From Acaryochloris thomasi RCC1774 (lineage in GTDB: Bacteria; Cyanobacteriota; Cyanobacteriia; Thermosynechococcales; Thermosynechococcaceae), in NCBI RefSeq assembly GCF_003231495.1, contig NZ_PQWO01000016.1, positions 70,219 to 102,218 on the forward strand: 32,000 nucleotides of DNA, given 5' to 3'. Each line of letters begins with the position of its first letter. Position 1 is the stretch's first letter. Positions 8,830-18,037 of the stretch are shown here, piece by piece. Position numbers and translations under genes: made by a program. The notes under the pieces were generated by a model. It saw only the letters and a program-made list of their open reading frames with translations, was not told where the DNA came from and searched no databases.

Positions 8830-9270
8830 ATGGAATTTAAAACACCGGCCCAGCAAGATGGCTTCAAAAAAGTGCGTGGTTGGATGGATGAATTGTTCAG
8901 CCAAATCCCGTGGGAAGTACTAGATGAACCGGGTGTGGGTTTGTTTATGGGGTCAGCTTGGGTAGAAGTCCGGCTCTACCCTTGGAATGAAGATTCTGTC
9001 ATTAATATTCGCTCTACCGTGGTATCTGAGGCCAAATTAGATGCAACGCTGCAGAACTTTTTGCTGAGGGAAAACGCTGAACTGAGATTCGGGGCGTTTT
9101 CTCTCAATGAGGCTGGGGACATTCTGTTTGAGCATACGATTGTTGGCTCGACCTGCGATCCTCAAGAGCTAGAGGCATCTGTGATGGCGGTGCTGCAGGC
9201 CGCTGATGATTACGATGATCAGATCGTGAGCCGCTGGGGTGGCAAACGCGCATTGGATAAAAGCCCCTAG
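8830..9270 (+). CDS. Hypothetical protein, possibly YbjN-domain (chaperone-like) family
   Basis: 146 aa and acidic. The segment LLRENAELRFGAFSLNEAGDILFEHTIVGSTCDPQELEASVMAVLQAADDYDDQI resembles the YbjN-type fold pattern. The assignment is from memory only. Confidence 0.4.
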   Translation: MEFKTPAQQDGFKKVRGWMDELFSQIPWEVLDEPGVGLFMGSAWVEVRLYPWNEDSVINIRSTVVSEAKLDATLQNFLLRENAELRFGAFSLNEAGDILFEHTIVGSTCDPQELEASVMAVLQAADDYDDQIVSRWGGKRALDKSP

Positions 9271-9870
9271 CTAAAATTACTGTACGCTTTCCTTTGTTTT
9301 TGGCGATGGCAACCATTGCTGTCTCGTTGTAATTGCTGCGACTGATTCTTTTCTGTAGGTCTACAAGTCGTCCCTCTCATCAGACAGCCGCAGCAATCCT
9401 AGTTGACTGACAAAACTTTCTCACTTGACGGTTGAAACCGCAGCTATACGAAGATGATCTGCCTGCGCGGATTGTCGAAAGCCTTGATATGTATAGTCTG
9501 CAGAGGCAGGCTTCGTTCTTGTAAGTGCGAATTTTGTTCGCCAGCTTCTTCAATTACCAGGTATAGCAAGACACCTACTAATTAGGGCAGTTAAATAGCT
9601 GCAACCCTTTTATGGCCTAGAAAAGCTGTCCTAAATCGGTTGCGTGCTGTAGCGTTATTTCCCTGAGAAAAGCGCAATAAATATTAAGCGTTTGCCGTGT
9701 CGATATTAGCTAACGCTGTGAGTGAACTTAGCTCCACAACGGCACTGAATGCTGTTCATTAACCTATCGAGGTCAGTAAACAGTACAAGCTTCTAAATCC
9801 TTAAAACAATGTCAAGAGTCTTCAATCTTGCGGGCGCTGCACTGCATTTTTGTTAAAATTGGTAAACATA

Positions 9871-10143
9871 ATGATAATTTTGCTTGCCACTGCGGCTGGA
9901 CTCGTACTCTGGTCATTTCAGCTCATGCGATCGGCTCTAAGATTGCGTGAAGCATCGCTGATCTTTGCCGGTACGCTAGTCGCTCTCTCCGCTGTGGGTT
10001 TAGTGGCAGTCTACCTGTTGATGGATAGCTGCATGGGTTACTTGTCTGCAGATATGGCACCATCAGAGGCTTCGCCCCCAATTGTTGTGCAGCAGCAAAG
10101 CTTAGTTCCTTCCGATCGCTCTTCTGAATTCCGCATTCTGTAG
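9871..10143 (+). CDS. Small hypothetical membrane protein
   Basis: Track ORF 9850..10143 starts at TTG. ATG 9871 gives MIILLATAAGLVLWSFQ..., with two hydrophobic segments. I recognise no homology, and an antisense ORF of similar size also exists. Confidence 0.3.
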   Translation: MIILLATAAGLVLWSFQLMRSALRLREASLIFAGTLVALSAVGLVAVYLLMDSCMGYLSADMAPSEASPPIVVQQQSLVPSDRSSEFRIL

Positions 10144-10398
10144 GACGAAGCAAGTTCCGTAGTCAGCACACTGACGTGTTTTAGGTTCACGAATAACGAA
10201 TTTTAATCAGTGAGTTTTTGGTGGTTGAAATTTAGGGCACTCTTAAGAGTGGAGTGAGGTTTGAAGCGTGCCTTGCCTGCTTTGCTGTCTGTGGAGTGAT
10301 TAACTCGATGGTCGGTGAGGGGAGTTTAATCAGCTTGAGTTCCCTTAGGGGCGTATTCTGGTAGACGTATAGAATTTTGAAGCCATACTTAGTCAAAC

Positions 10399-10989
10399 AT
10401 GACCATTGAATTGTTGAGATCGCTAGCTTGGACCGACTACCGGCTCTCTCTCTTGTTTGTAGTCTTAGCGCCACTGGGTTTACTGATTTGGTCGATTACT
10501 AAGAAGGCCAAGCCCATCACCAATCTGCTCGTGATCTACTGGCGAGTTGCCAGTCTACTTCTGATTGCGGTGTACCTAATGATGGCAGAATTACCGTTTA
10601 GCTTTATTGTGCGATTCTGCGGCTTGTTGCTAGTGCTGATCAGTCTTTGGTTCTGGGCAGACCTAAACGAAGAGATTGAAGATCAGCGGGGTGAGCTGAA
10701 GCTGGCTTTTGGCGCTTGGCGCTGGGCCATGACTTTTTACTGTGGAATAGCCGCCATTGGTCAACTGCCGTTTCTGAAATGTGCGTTGTCGAAAGAAGCT
10801 ATTTCTGATTCGATGTGCCAAGTCTGGCTCCAGGCTCCTTGGGGTTACAAAGCGCTCTTGCATGGAGGTACCAATGCGGGGAAACTGGGTTTTATTGCCA
10901 TGATTGCGCTGGTGCTGTACGGCCTCTACTTTATTTATTTTCTGCTGTTCCGTTTGGCTAAGCAGGGACGTTCTGCGACTGGCTTCTAG
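10399..10989 (+). CDS. Conserved integral membrane protein (about 5 TM segments), function unknown
   Basis: 196 aa with several long hydrophobic stretches: LLFVVLAPLGLLIWSI, VASLLLIAVYLMMA, FCGLLLVLISLWFWA, and IAMIALVLYGLYFIYFLLF. Confidence 0.6.
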   Translation: MTIELLRSLAWTDYRLSLLFVVLAPLGLLIWSITKKAKPITNLLVIYWRVASLLLIAVYLMMAELPFSFIVRFCGLLLVLISLWFWADLNEEIEDQRGELKLAFGAWRWAMTFYCGIAAIGQLPFLKCALSKEAISDSMCQVWLQAPWGYKALLHGGTNAGKLGFIAMIALVLYGLYFIYFLLFRLAKQGRSATGF

Positions 10990-11023
10990 TTCTGCTCGTG
11001 CTTAATGGAGAGTCCCTAGCGAT

Positions 11024-11320
11024 ATGCAAAGTCCTGGATATCGACTGGAGCAATATACCTTACAGCATCTTCAGGAGGTGCTACTGGTGCAGGTTGAAAG
11101 TGAAGGTCAGAGGGATGAGGTTGTCATTTTTAAGGGTTACTCTAGTTCTTTGACTAGTCCGACGAACTTTGATCCAGATATGCCGGTGCTACCAGAACAG
11201 GCCAGAATTTTGACGGTTGATCGCTTAATGGGGCCTTACAATCCGGCTGAGCCTCAGTATCTACAGCGGGGCTTGTCATGGCCGGAGATGCAGGCTGTTT
11301 TAGCTGCAGAGGGACTCTAA
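11024..11320 (+). CDS. Hypothetical protein (98 aa)
   Basis: A clean ORF in a + strand gene run with tight spacing to its neighbours. I recognise no motif. Confidence 0.45.
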   Translation: MQSPGYRLEQYTLQHLQEVLLVQVESEGQRDEVVIFKGYSSSLTSPTNFDPDMPVLPEQARILTVDRLMGPYNPAEPQYLQRGLSWPEMQAVLAAEGL

Positions 11321-11332
11321 CGGAGGCATCAA

Positions 11333-12115
11333 ATGATGCGGCTATTCAGAACTTTTGTGCCTTTCTATGTTCTCGCGTTGATGCTAGCGGTTGATGCGGT
11401 ACAGGCGGCAGAGTGGTCTGAGATTCTACGTCGCGGGCACTTGGTGGTGGCGGTCAAGGACAATCTTAGACCGCTGGGGTTCCGTGATCGGCAAGGTCGG
11501 CTCCAGGGGTTTGAAATTGATTTAGCCCGACAGTTGGCCCAAGATTTGCTGGGGGATTCAACGGCGGTAGTGCTGAAGCCTGTTTTGAACCAGGATCGGC
11601 TCACGGCTGTCATTGAAGGAGAGGTAGATGTTGCGATCGCAAACATAACCCGCACCGACAACCGTAGGCGGATCGCCAACTTCAGCTTGCCCTACCACAC
11701 CAGCTCCACCCAACTGATCACTCAAGCCTCACAAATCCGCGAAGCCAAAGATCTGCAGACGATTGCAGTTCTGCAGCATTCCCATAATATTGCAGTCCTC
11801 AAATCCGCATTCCCCAACACGAATCTGATTGGTGTCCGTACTTACCAAGACGCCATAACCCACCTAGAAACGCAAAAAGCTGATGCCTTTGCGGGTGATC
11901 AAGCCGTTCTTACTGGCTGGCAGCAAAAAAACTCAGCCTATCGAATCATCGGGCAACCCCTAGCTCGTCAGCCTTTGGCAGTCGCGCTGCCGAAGGGCCT
12001 GCAGTACAACTCGCTGCTAGACAAGATTAATCAGTCATTAGATCAGCTCAACCAGTCAGGATGGCTAGAGCAACGCCGACAGCATTGGGGACTAGAACAG
12101 CACCGCAAACTTTGA
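11333..12115 (+). CDS. Periplasmic substrate-binding protein, amino-acid ABC transporter type (family 3 SBP)
   Basis: It has a signal peptide (MMRLFRTFVPFYVLALMLAVDAVQA). Typical family 3 blocks are present: LVVAVKDNLRPLGFRD..G.L.GFEIDLARQLA and ...DVAIANITRT..R...ANFSLPY... Confidence 0.8.
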   Translation: MMRLFRTFVPFYVLALMLAVDAVQAAEWSEILRRGHLVVAVKDNLRPLGFRDRQGRLQGFEIDLARQLAQDLLGDSTAVVLKPVLNQDRLTAVIEGEVDVAIANITRTDNRRRIANFSLPYHTSSTQLITQASQIREAKDLQTIAVLQHSHNIAVLKSAFPNTNLIGVRTYQDAITHLETQKADAFAGDQAVLTGWQQKNSAYRIIGQPLARQPLAVALPKGLQYNSLLDKINQSLDQLNQSGWLEQRRQHWGLEQHRKL

Positions 12116-12160
12116 ACAGTTTGATAGGCTGAAGACAGCGTCGTTTATGAAATCCTGTTA

Positions 12161-12718
12161 ATGCAAGCTCTAAAAAGTCTGCCTTTAGCCACAATTTATT
12201 TGGCACTCTTGCTCGGCCTTCTCCTCTTTGCCGTGATCATGATTGGTCGCCAAGTGATGCAAACCCGCAAAACCGAATCCACGATCGCACGCCTGCAGAC
12301 AAAGATTCGCGAAGGCTCAGGCAGTGTCGAAGAATATTTTGAGCTGGGCAGCATTTACCTGATGAAAAAACTGCCCGGTCAAGCGGTGGGACAGTTTCAG
12401 AAAGCCATCAAGCTGATCGAAGCAGACGAAGAGATTCCGCCCGAGAGTGCGCCGATCTATAACGCTCTGGGTTTTGCCTTCTTCAATCAAGATCAGTTTG
12501 ATATGGCGATTCGTCAATATAAAGAAGCCCTCGAGCGTCAGCCGACCTATGTGACAGCGCTCAACAACTTGGGGCATGTCTACGAGAAGAAGAATTTGAC
12601 CTCGCAGGCGCTGGAAACCTACGAGAAGAGTTTAGAGCAAGACCCTAAAAATTCCACCGCCAATCGCCGCATCAAGGTACTCAAGCGTCGGCTTGTCCCC
12701 ACAAGTCCCACTAGCTAA
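12161..12718 (+). CDS. TPR-repeat protein with N-terminal membrane anchor
   Basis: An N-terminal TM segment (LPLATIYLALLLGLLLFAVIMIG) is followed by TPR-like repeats: YFELGSIYLMKKLPGQAVGQFQKAI, YNALGFAFFNQDQFDMAIRQYKEALE and LNNLGHVYEKKNLTSQALETYEKSLE. Confidence 0.75.
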   Translation: MQALKSLPLATIYLALLLGLLLFAVIMIGRQVMQTRKTESTIARLQTKIREGSGSVEEYFELGSIYLMKKLPGQAVGQFQKAIKLIEADEEIPPESAPIYNALGFAFFNQDQFDMAIRQYKEALERQPTYVTALNNLGHVYEKKNLTSQALETYEKSLEQDPKNSTANRRIKVLKRRLVPTSPTS

Positions 12719-12729
12719 GGCAACTCACC

Positions 12730-12984
12730 ATGCCTGATCAATTAATGTACAGCGAGGATATGTACGTCGTGATTGAGACGGGACAACCCGAACAATTTTT
12801 GACGGCGGCAGAAATGCTCTCTCGACTGGAATCACTCCTGCAGCAATACCCTGAACAAGCAGCAGACCTGCAGCATCTGCCAACATTGACCGCCCAGGCA
12901 CAGCATTTGCTAAATACAGGCTGTGAGCTGGATCTTGGCGACGAACAGTATCTGCAGTGGTATGCCGTCCGTCTTGAAAAATAA
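12730..12984 (+). CDS. Small conserved cyanobacterial protein (possibly CRR7-like)
   Basis: 84 aa. The N-terminus MPDQLMYSEDMYVVIETGQPEQFLT and the C-terminus QWYAVRLEK resemble what I recall of cyanobacterial CRR7-family proteins. The memory-based assignment is weak. Confidence 0.35.
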   Translation: MPDQLMYSEDMYVVIETGQPEQFLTAAEMLSRLESLLQQYPEQAADLQHLPTLTAQAQHLLNTGCELDLGDEQYLQWYAVRLEK

Positions 12985-13006
12985 CCTTCTTTGGCGTCAC
13001 TGAACT

Positions 13007-14935
13007 ATGGCTAATTCTGTCGTTGCCCCCTACGGCTCTTGGAAGTCGCCGATCACCTCTGAGCTGATCGTCGCCGGCAGCATTGGTCTAGGTGATTTAG
13101 CCATTGATGGCGACAATCTCTACTGGACAGAACTACGCCCCACTGAAAAAGGACGCTCTGTTCTGGTTCAACAAACAGCAAGGGGCAAAAGCGATGTGAC
13201 TCCTGCTCCCTGGAACGTTCGCTCGCGCGTCCATGAATACGGCGGTGGAGCTTTTCTTGTCGATCAGGGCACCGTTTACTTCACAAACAATAGTGACCAG
13301 CGACTGTACCGCCAACGAGAGGGGCAATCCCCGGAATCTCTGACGCCAGAGACCACTCATGATCGCTACACCAATCCCATCATTGATCACCATCAAGACC
13401 GCATCCTCTGCATCCGCGAAGACCATCAGGCAGAAGTCACCAATACTTTAGTCAGCGTTGACTTAAAGACGGATAGCGAAAAGCCCGTCCAGACTTTGGC
13501 GCAGGGCCATGACTTCTATGCCTCTCCCTGCCTTAGCCCCGACGGCACTCAGCTTGCTTGGCTCACCTGGGATAACCCCAATCTCCCCTGGGATGGCACG
13601 GATCTCTGGCTGGCTACGTTCGAGGCGGATGGCACTCTCTCACAGCCACAGCACATTGCGGGTGGCACAGATGAATCAATCTTTCAGCCTCAGTGGTCCC
13701 CTGACGGACAGCTTTATTTCATCTCTGATCGCACTGGCTGGTGGAACCTTTATCGCTGGCAAGAGAGTAAAGCCCATCCTCTCTGTCCGATGTCGGCGGA
13801 GTTCGGCCTCCCTCAATGGGTGTTTGGCATGTCAACCTACGGCTTCATTGCTGCCGAGCAGATTCTTTGTTCCTACAATCTTCAGGGACAGTGGCATCTA
13901 GGACGCCTGGATGTCAGCAACGGCCAGATGCAAGAAGTTGAGACGGACTACACCAATATTTCGGGCCTGAAGGTCGGGCCAGCCTTCGCCACATTTAAAG
14001 GCAGCTCTCCTACAACGGCAACAGAAATTGTGCAGCTCGATCTGAAAACGGATCAGCAATCGGTTGTCTGTAGCGCCAGTCAACTCGATCTTGACCCGGC
14101 CTATCTCTCTGAGCCAGAGCTGCTGGAATTCCCAACAGAGGGGGGCCTGACGGCCTATGGATTTTATTACCCCCCTAAAAATAAGGATTTTCAAGGCTCC
14201 ACGACGGAAAAGCCGCCTTTGATTGTGAAGAGCCACGGGGGGCCAACGGCGGCAACGTCAAGTAGCTTGAGCTTAAAAATTCAGTACTGGACCAGTCGCG
14301 GTTTTGCTGTTCTAGACGTGAACTATGGCGGCAGTACGGGCTATGGCCGCGCCTATCAGCATCGCCTGCGTGATCAGTGGGGGATTGTAGATGTCGATGA
14401 CTGCGTGAACGGTGCCCAGTATTTAGCGAAGCAAGACCTTGTGGATTGCGATCGCATGGCGATCACCGGCAGCAGTGCAGGCGGCTACACAACATTAGCG
14501 GCTCTCACGTTTCGGGATGTGTTTAAGGCCGGGGCTAGCTACTACGGCATCGGCGATCTAGAAGCGCTTGCTAAAGACACCCATAAGTTTGAAGCTCGCT
14601 ATCTCGACCGACTAATTGGCCCCTATCCCGAGCGTCAGGATCTATATCAAGAGCGCTCCCCCATCCACCACGTCGAGCAGCTATCCTGTCCCGTGATTTT
14701 TTTGCAGGGACTTGAAGACAAAGTGGTGCCGCCGAATCAGGCTGAGGCAATGGTCAATGCCTTGAAAGAGAAAGGGATTCCGGTGGCCTACGTCACCTTC
14801 CCTGAAGAACAACATGGTTTTCGGCAAGCTAAGAATATCAAGCGGGCCCTAGATAGTGAGCTGTACTTTTATTCGCAGGTTTTTAGATTTGCGATCGCAG
14901 ACACCGTTGAAGCGGTCCCCATTGAGAACCTTTAG
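13007..14935 (+). CDS. S9 family serine peptidase (prolyl oligopeptidase / dipeptidyl aminopeptidase-acylaminoacyl peptidase type)
   Basis: 642 aa. An N-terminal beta-propeller-like region with WSPDG repeats (SPDGTQLAW, WSPDGQLYF) precedes a C-terminal alpha/beta domain. That domain has the nucleophile elbow GSSAGGY, an acid near QGLEDKVVP, and His in EEQHGF. Confidence 0.88.
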   Translation: MANSVVAPYGSWKSPITSELIVAGSIGLGDLAIDGDNLYWTELRPTEKGRSVLVQQTARGKSDVTPAPWNVRSRVHEYGGGAFLVDQGTVYFTNNSDQRLYRQREGQSPESLTPETTHDRYTNPIIDHHQDRILCIREDHQAEVTNTLVSVDLKTDSEKPVQTLAQGHDFYASPCLSPDGTQLAWLTWDNPNLPWDGTDLWLATFEADGTLSQPQHIAGGTDESIFQPQWSPDGQLYFISDRTGWWNLYRWQESKAHPLCPMSAEFGLPQWVFGMSTYGFIAAEQILCSYNLQGQWHLGRLDVSNGQMQEVETDYTNISGLKVGPAFATFKGSSPTTATEIVQLDLKTDQQSVVCSASQLDLDPAYLSEPELLEFPTEGGLTAYGFYYPPKNKDFQGSTTEKPPLIVKSHGGPTAATSSSLSLKIQYWTSRGFAVLDVNYGGSTGYGRAYQHRLRDQWGIVDVDDCVNGAQYLAKQDLVDCDRMAITGSSAGGYTTLAALTFRDVFKAGASYYGIGDLEALAKDTHKFEARYLDRLIGPYPERQDLYQERSPIHHVEQLSCPVIFLQGLEDKVVPPNQAEAMVNALKEKGIPVAYVTFPEEQHGFRQAKNIKRALDSELYFYSQVFRFAIADTVEAVPIENL

Positions 14936-15006
14936 CATCCAATGGGGAACCGAATATCCGCGTATATAACCGTCAGTTTTATACGTTATTGGCTAATGTT
15001 TATACG

Positions 15007-15303
15007 CTATTGGCTGATAGGTTCACCATCTAATAGCTCTAGCTGTCCTGACTCTCTCAGACAAGCCAAACGCCAGGTTTGAGACGTTACCTTACCCGGA
15101 AGATAGCCTGCAATGGTCAGATGAGTGGGCTGTCCACCCGAATTGGTCTTGACCAGCAGCTCTCCATTGCTCTGGCTCATGATCACCGCCTCAATTTCAA
15201 ACTCACCCTCCTGCTCCCAAGGCATCGCTTCACCAGGCTCGACCTCTTGAGGATTACTGCGGCGCACCGCACGATTATCGTTAGCAGGATTGGAAACAGA
15301 CAT
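15007..15303 (-). CDS. Hypothetical protein (98 aa from ATG 15303; track ORF starts at GTG 15312)
   Basis: Minus-strand ORF MSVSNPANDNRAVRRSNPQEV... I recognise no motif. It converges on the S9 peptidase gene. Confidence 0.4.
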   Translation of the reverse strand: MSVSNPANDNRAVRRSNPQEVEPGEAMPWEQEGEFEIEAVIMSQSNGELLVKTNSGGQPTHLTIAGYLPGKVTSQTWRLACLRESGQLELLDGEPISQ

Positions 15304-15359
15304 GACAAACACCCTAGGGGAGATAAAACGACAGCTATTATTAGGCTATCACCTTAGAA

Positions 15360-16781
15360 ATGCCTGAAGATGTATTCCTTACATCTTCTCCCTCAGATCA
15401 CCGAAGCCTTTCTGGCCAACTGTGGCCCCCCTTCCCCAGAAAGGACATGAGTGGGACACTACGGTTATCTTCGCTTTCTTTGTCTCCCCTAGAATGCATG
15501 CCCCTTCCACCTGAGTCATCCCTCCCCGAGCCTGAAGAGACTTCCGGCCCATTAAAGGAGCAGGCGTCGTTCAACCGCCGCAGATCTGCCTCTGACCGGT
15601 CATCCATTTCTCAACAGCCAAAGCCGCTTAGATTTTGGGCCGAGACCTCATCCGCGATTGACGTCAATCTCCAAAATCTCACGCCTCAGCAGCTTAGCTT
15701 GCTGACTGTGATTACAGTTGTTCTGATCTTTTTGGGTCTCTTTCTCCAGAGTGCGTTGATCGGTCTGCCTGCCGCCGCTATTGCTCTATTCCTTTCACTG
15801 CGGATGGTTTGGGCACCCCTACAGCAGATTTTTCGAACCTCATTTCCTAACCCTTACCGCCAGTGGGCGATCGCAACCGCCGTCGGAGTAGTTGCCCTGC
15901 TCGGCATCGCCTACTTCACGGGTCTCATTGGTCTGATTTTGTCTCTCGGGCGACGCATCAACTGGGAAGCCTTTGGAGCCTTGGCAGAGGCATTCGGGGC
16001 GGTTGGACAGATCTTGGTGGCTTTTTTAGCGTTGTTCGTGGCTTGGCGTCAGTACATCATCTCGAAGGAGCTGACGAGCCAGCAGAACCGGATTACCCAG
16101 CAGCAGACCATTGACGCCTATTTTCAGGGAATTTCTGACCTCGTTCTTGATGAAGATGGCTTACTAGAAGACTGGCCTTCTGAACGTGCGATCGCAGAGG
16201 GTCGCACCGCCGCCATTTTAGGGGGACTCAGTGCAGAGGGCAGAGCCAAAATCCTTCGATTTCTCTCCAGTGCCAAATTATTGACCCCGCTCAAACGCGA
16301 TCGTCGTTTAGGTCGAGCAATTTTTGATGGCTTAGGTGGTTATGAAGAAGATATTGAATATGGCGTACGGGTGATTGACCTCGGCAGCATGTTGGCCCAT
16401 TCAGACTTAGCGGCGACGGATCTCCAGCAGACTGAGCTGAGTGACGCTAACCTCATTGGGGCTGATCTACAGGGATGTGATCTCAGCCGCGCTAATCTTT
16501 CTCGCTGCATTCTCTATGGCGCAAATTTAAAGCACGCTGATTTTAGTCGGACAAAGCTTTATCACGGGACAGCAGAGACGGCTACACCCCGCGATCGCAT
16601 CAACGCCCCGAACTACGTTAAGGGCACCCAAACCGGAGCGATCATCGAAAATGTCGACCTCACCCAGGCTCGGAATCTCTCACCCGAGCAGCGCTACTAT
16701 TGCTGCGCTTGGGGCGGCTCCAAAACACGCGCTACCGTTCCCGGCGGCTGTGAAGGCATTCCGAACAAGCTCGAAGATTAG
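15360..16781 (+). CDS. Membrane-anchored pentapeptide-repeat protein
   Basis: - The N-terminus is Ser/Pro-rich.
- About four hydrophobic segments follow (e.g. LLTVITVVLIFLGLFL, AIATAVGVVALLGIAYFTGLIGLILSL, ILVAFLALFVAW).
- The C-terminal pentapeptide repeats read DLAATDLQQTELSDANLIGADLQGCDLSRANLSRCILYGANLKHADFSRTKL.
- The true start is uncertain; internal Met codons exist at aa 30 and 47.
- Its stop TAG (16779..16781) overlaps the stop of the convergent gene. Confidence 0.75.
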   Translation: MPEDVFLTSSPSDHRSLSGQLWPPFPRKDMSGTLRLSSLSLSPLECMPLPPESSLPEPEETSGPLKEQASFNRRRSASDRSSISQQPKPLRFWAETSSAIDVNLQNLTPQQLSLLTVITVVLIFLGLFLQSALIGLPAAAIALFLSLRMVWAPLQQIFRTSFPNPYRQWAIATAVGVVALLGIAYFTGLIGLILSLGRRINWEAFGALAEAFGAVGQILVAFLALFVAWRQYIISKELTSQQNRITQQQTIDAYFQGISDLVLDEDGLLEDWPSERAIAEGRTAAILGGLSAEGRAKILRFLSSAKLLTPLKRDRRLGRAIFDGLGGYEEDIEYGVRVIDLGSMLAHSDLAATDLQQTELSDANLIGADLQGCDLSRANLSRCILYGANLKHADFSRTKLYHGTAETATPRDRINAPNYVKGTQTGAIIENVDLTQARNLSPEQRYYCCAWGGSKTRATVPGGCEGIPNKLED

Positions 16782-17416
16782 TGCGTCTCTTTAGTTTGGC
16801 CGTCAATCAAAGCACTCCAATCGTCAGCCTCTACCGCAGACTTCAAATTCTCTGCCTTTGAAGCCGCTTCTTTCTCTTTTTCCTTTAGCAGCGTTTCATC
16901 CGCCATTGCCGTTCGCAGCTTCAGCTTTTTCGCTTCATGGGCTTCGCGCTCTGCAGCCGACATCACCGCCGCCGCACTAGCACCCACCGTGGCCGACCAA
17001 GTCCCATCCCCTTCATTTCCTGGGGGTACTGACCCATTCTCTGAGATCCAGGCATCGCGCAGCGCCTCCATTTCAGACCGCTTAGGAAACTGAAACGCCT
17101 GCACCCGGACAAAGGCACAGACTTGGGGACCGTTATCCGTGATGTGGCCTCTCAGTGCAAGCCCCACATTACGAGAATAGCCAACATACTGGGCTTGCTG
17201 CTGCTGATTGAACACGGCATAAACGCCCGCAATTTTCCGGTCTTCTGCCGTTGTTAGCCAAGATTCAAGGTCTAGGATTTCATTACTCTGGGAGACTGCA
17301 GGCGTTTGTTGCGAGACGCCATGTTCATCACCGGAACTGTAAAGGAAGTCGTGCAGTCCTTGATGATTCTCCGGTACATTTTGATGCTCAAGAGTGGGCT
17401 TGGGCGTCTTTTCCAT
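16778..17416 (-). CDS. Hypothetical protein with GIY-YIG-like N-terminal segment
   Basis: 212 aa. IAGVYAVFNQQQQAQYVGYSRNVGLALRGH resembles the GIY...YVG/YIG core of GIY-YIG-domain proteins conserved in cyanobacteria and plastids. The C-terminus is Lys/Glu-rich. Confidence 0.45.
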   Translation of the reverse strand: MEKTPKPTLEHQNVPENHQGLHDFLYSSGDEHGVSQQTPAVSQSNEILDLESWLTTAEDRKIAGVYAVFNQQQQAQYVGYSRNVGLALRGHITDNGPQVCAFVRVQAFQFPKRSEMEALRDAWISENGSVPPGNEGDGTWSATVGASAAAVMSAAEREAHEAKKLKLRTAMADETLLKEKEKEAASKAENLKSAVEADDWSALIDGQTKETH

Positions 17417-17780
17417 TACAGAACTCTCCTGACCGGGTAAATAAAAGAATGCTTTGCAATCAGCGACAGCAAAAGCTGTCCCTCAACCATCATAGATGTA
17501 GGACGGCGGCTGTACGACCGAGCATTAAACTCAATAACTTTCATTCGGGTGTATCTAGCGATGAATATCATCTCGAAGGAATGGAACCGGCCAATCAAAA
17601 ACTGGCGAACAGCGCTCTCAATTTTGCGATCCTGTCCCCAAAACGCTTTGCCCTGTCGATAAAAAGCGCTTACACAAAAATCAGGTCACGCTCGGGTGGC
17701 CCTGGCAAAACACTCGGCCAACCTCTGCTTGTTTCTACTTTTTTGAGTAGGCTAGACTTAGTTTACTTAGCTATCGATAG

Positions 17781-18017
17781 GTGACAGGAATGGTACATCA
17801 GAAAAACGTGCTCACGACCTTAGGATGTTCAAGCTCTCTGCTCTTGGCCTTAGCTGTAACCCAGCCCGCGACAGCAGTCCCCAGCGTTGAAAACGTTATG
17901 CAAGCTGACCAGGGTGTCCCTACACTTGTTGCTGAACAAAAAGGTACCCTTGACGATCTGTTGGGCTGTACTTGCCCTACCTGCTCTGCATCAACACCCA
18001 TTGAGACTGTTCTTTAA
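17781..18017 (+). CDS. Small secreted Cys-containing peptide (hypothetical)
   Basis: 78 aa. It has a signal-peptide-like N-terminus (VLTTLGCSSSLLLALAVTQPATA|VP). The predicted ~46-aa mature part ends in LLGCTCPTCSASTPIETVL. I recognise no homology. Confidence 0.35.
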   Translation: MTGMVHQKNVLTTLGCSSSLLLALAVTQPATAVPSVENVMQADQGVPTLVAEQKGTLDDLLGCTCPTCSASTPIETVL

Positions 18018-18037
18018 AGCTGCAGTAGCCCCTGTAT

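Noticed and set aside
17251-17784. A 177-aa + strand ORF overlapping the start of the GIY-YIG-like gene and filling the 364-nt intergenic region. The minus-strand fragment 17416..17640 (…GRFHSFEMIFIARYTRMKVIEF…) is faintly reminiscent of the IS630 C-terminal motif (IFLPPYSPxLNPIE).
   Set aside because: The + ORF is Arg/His-rich junk that overlaps a better gene. The IS630 resemblance needs an indel, lacks the DDE residues and has no inverted repeats, so it is too degenerate to call.
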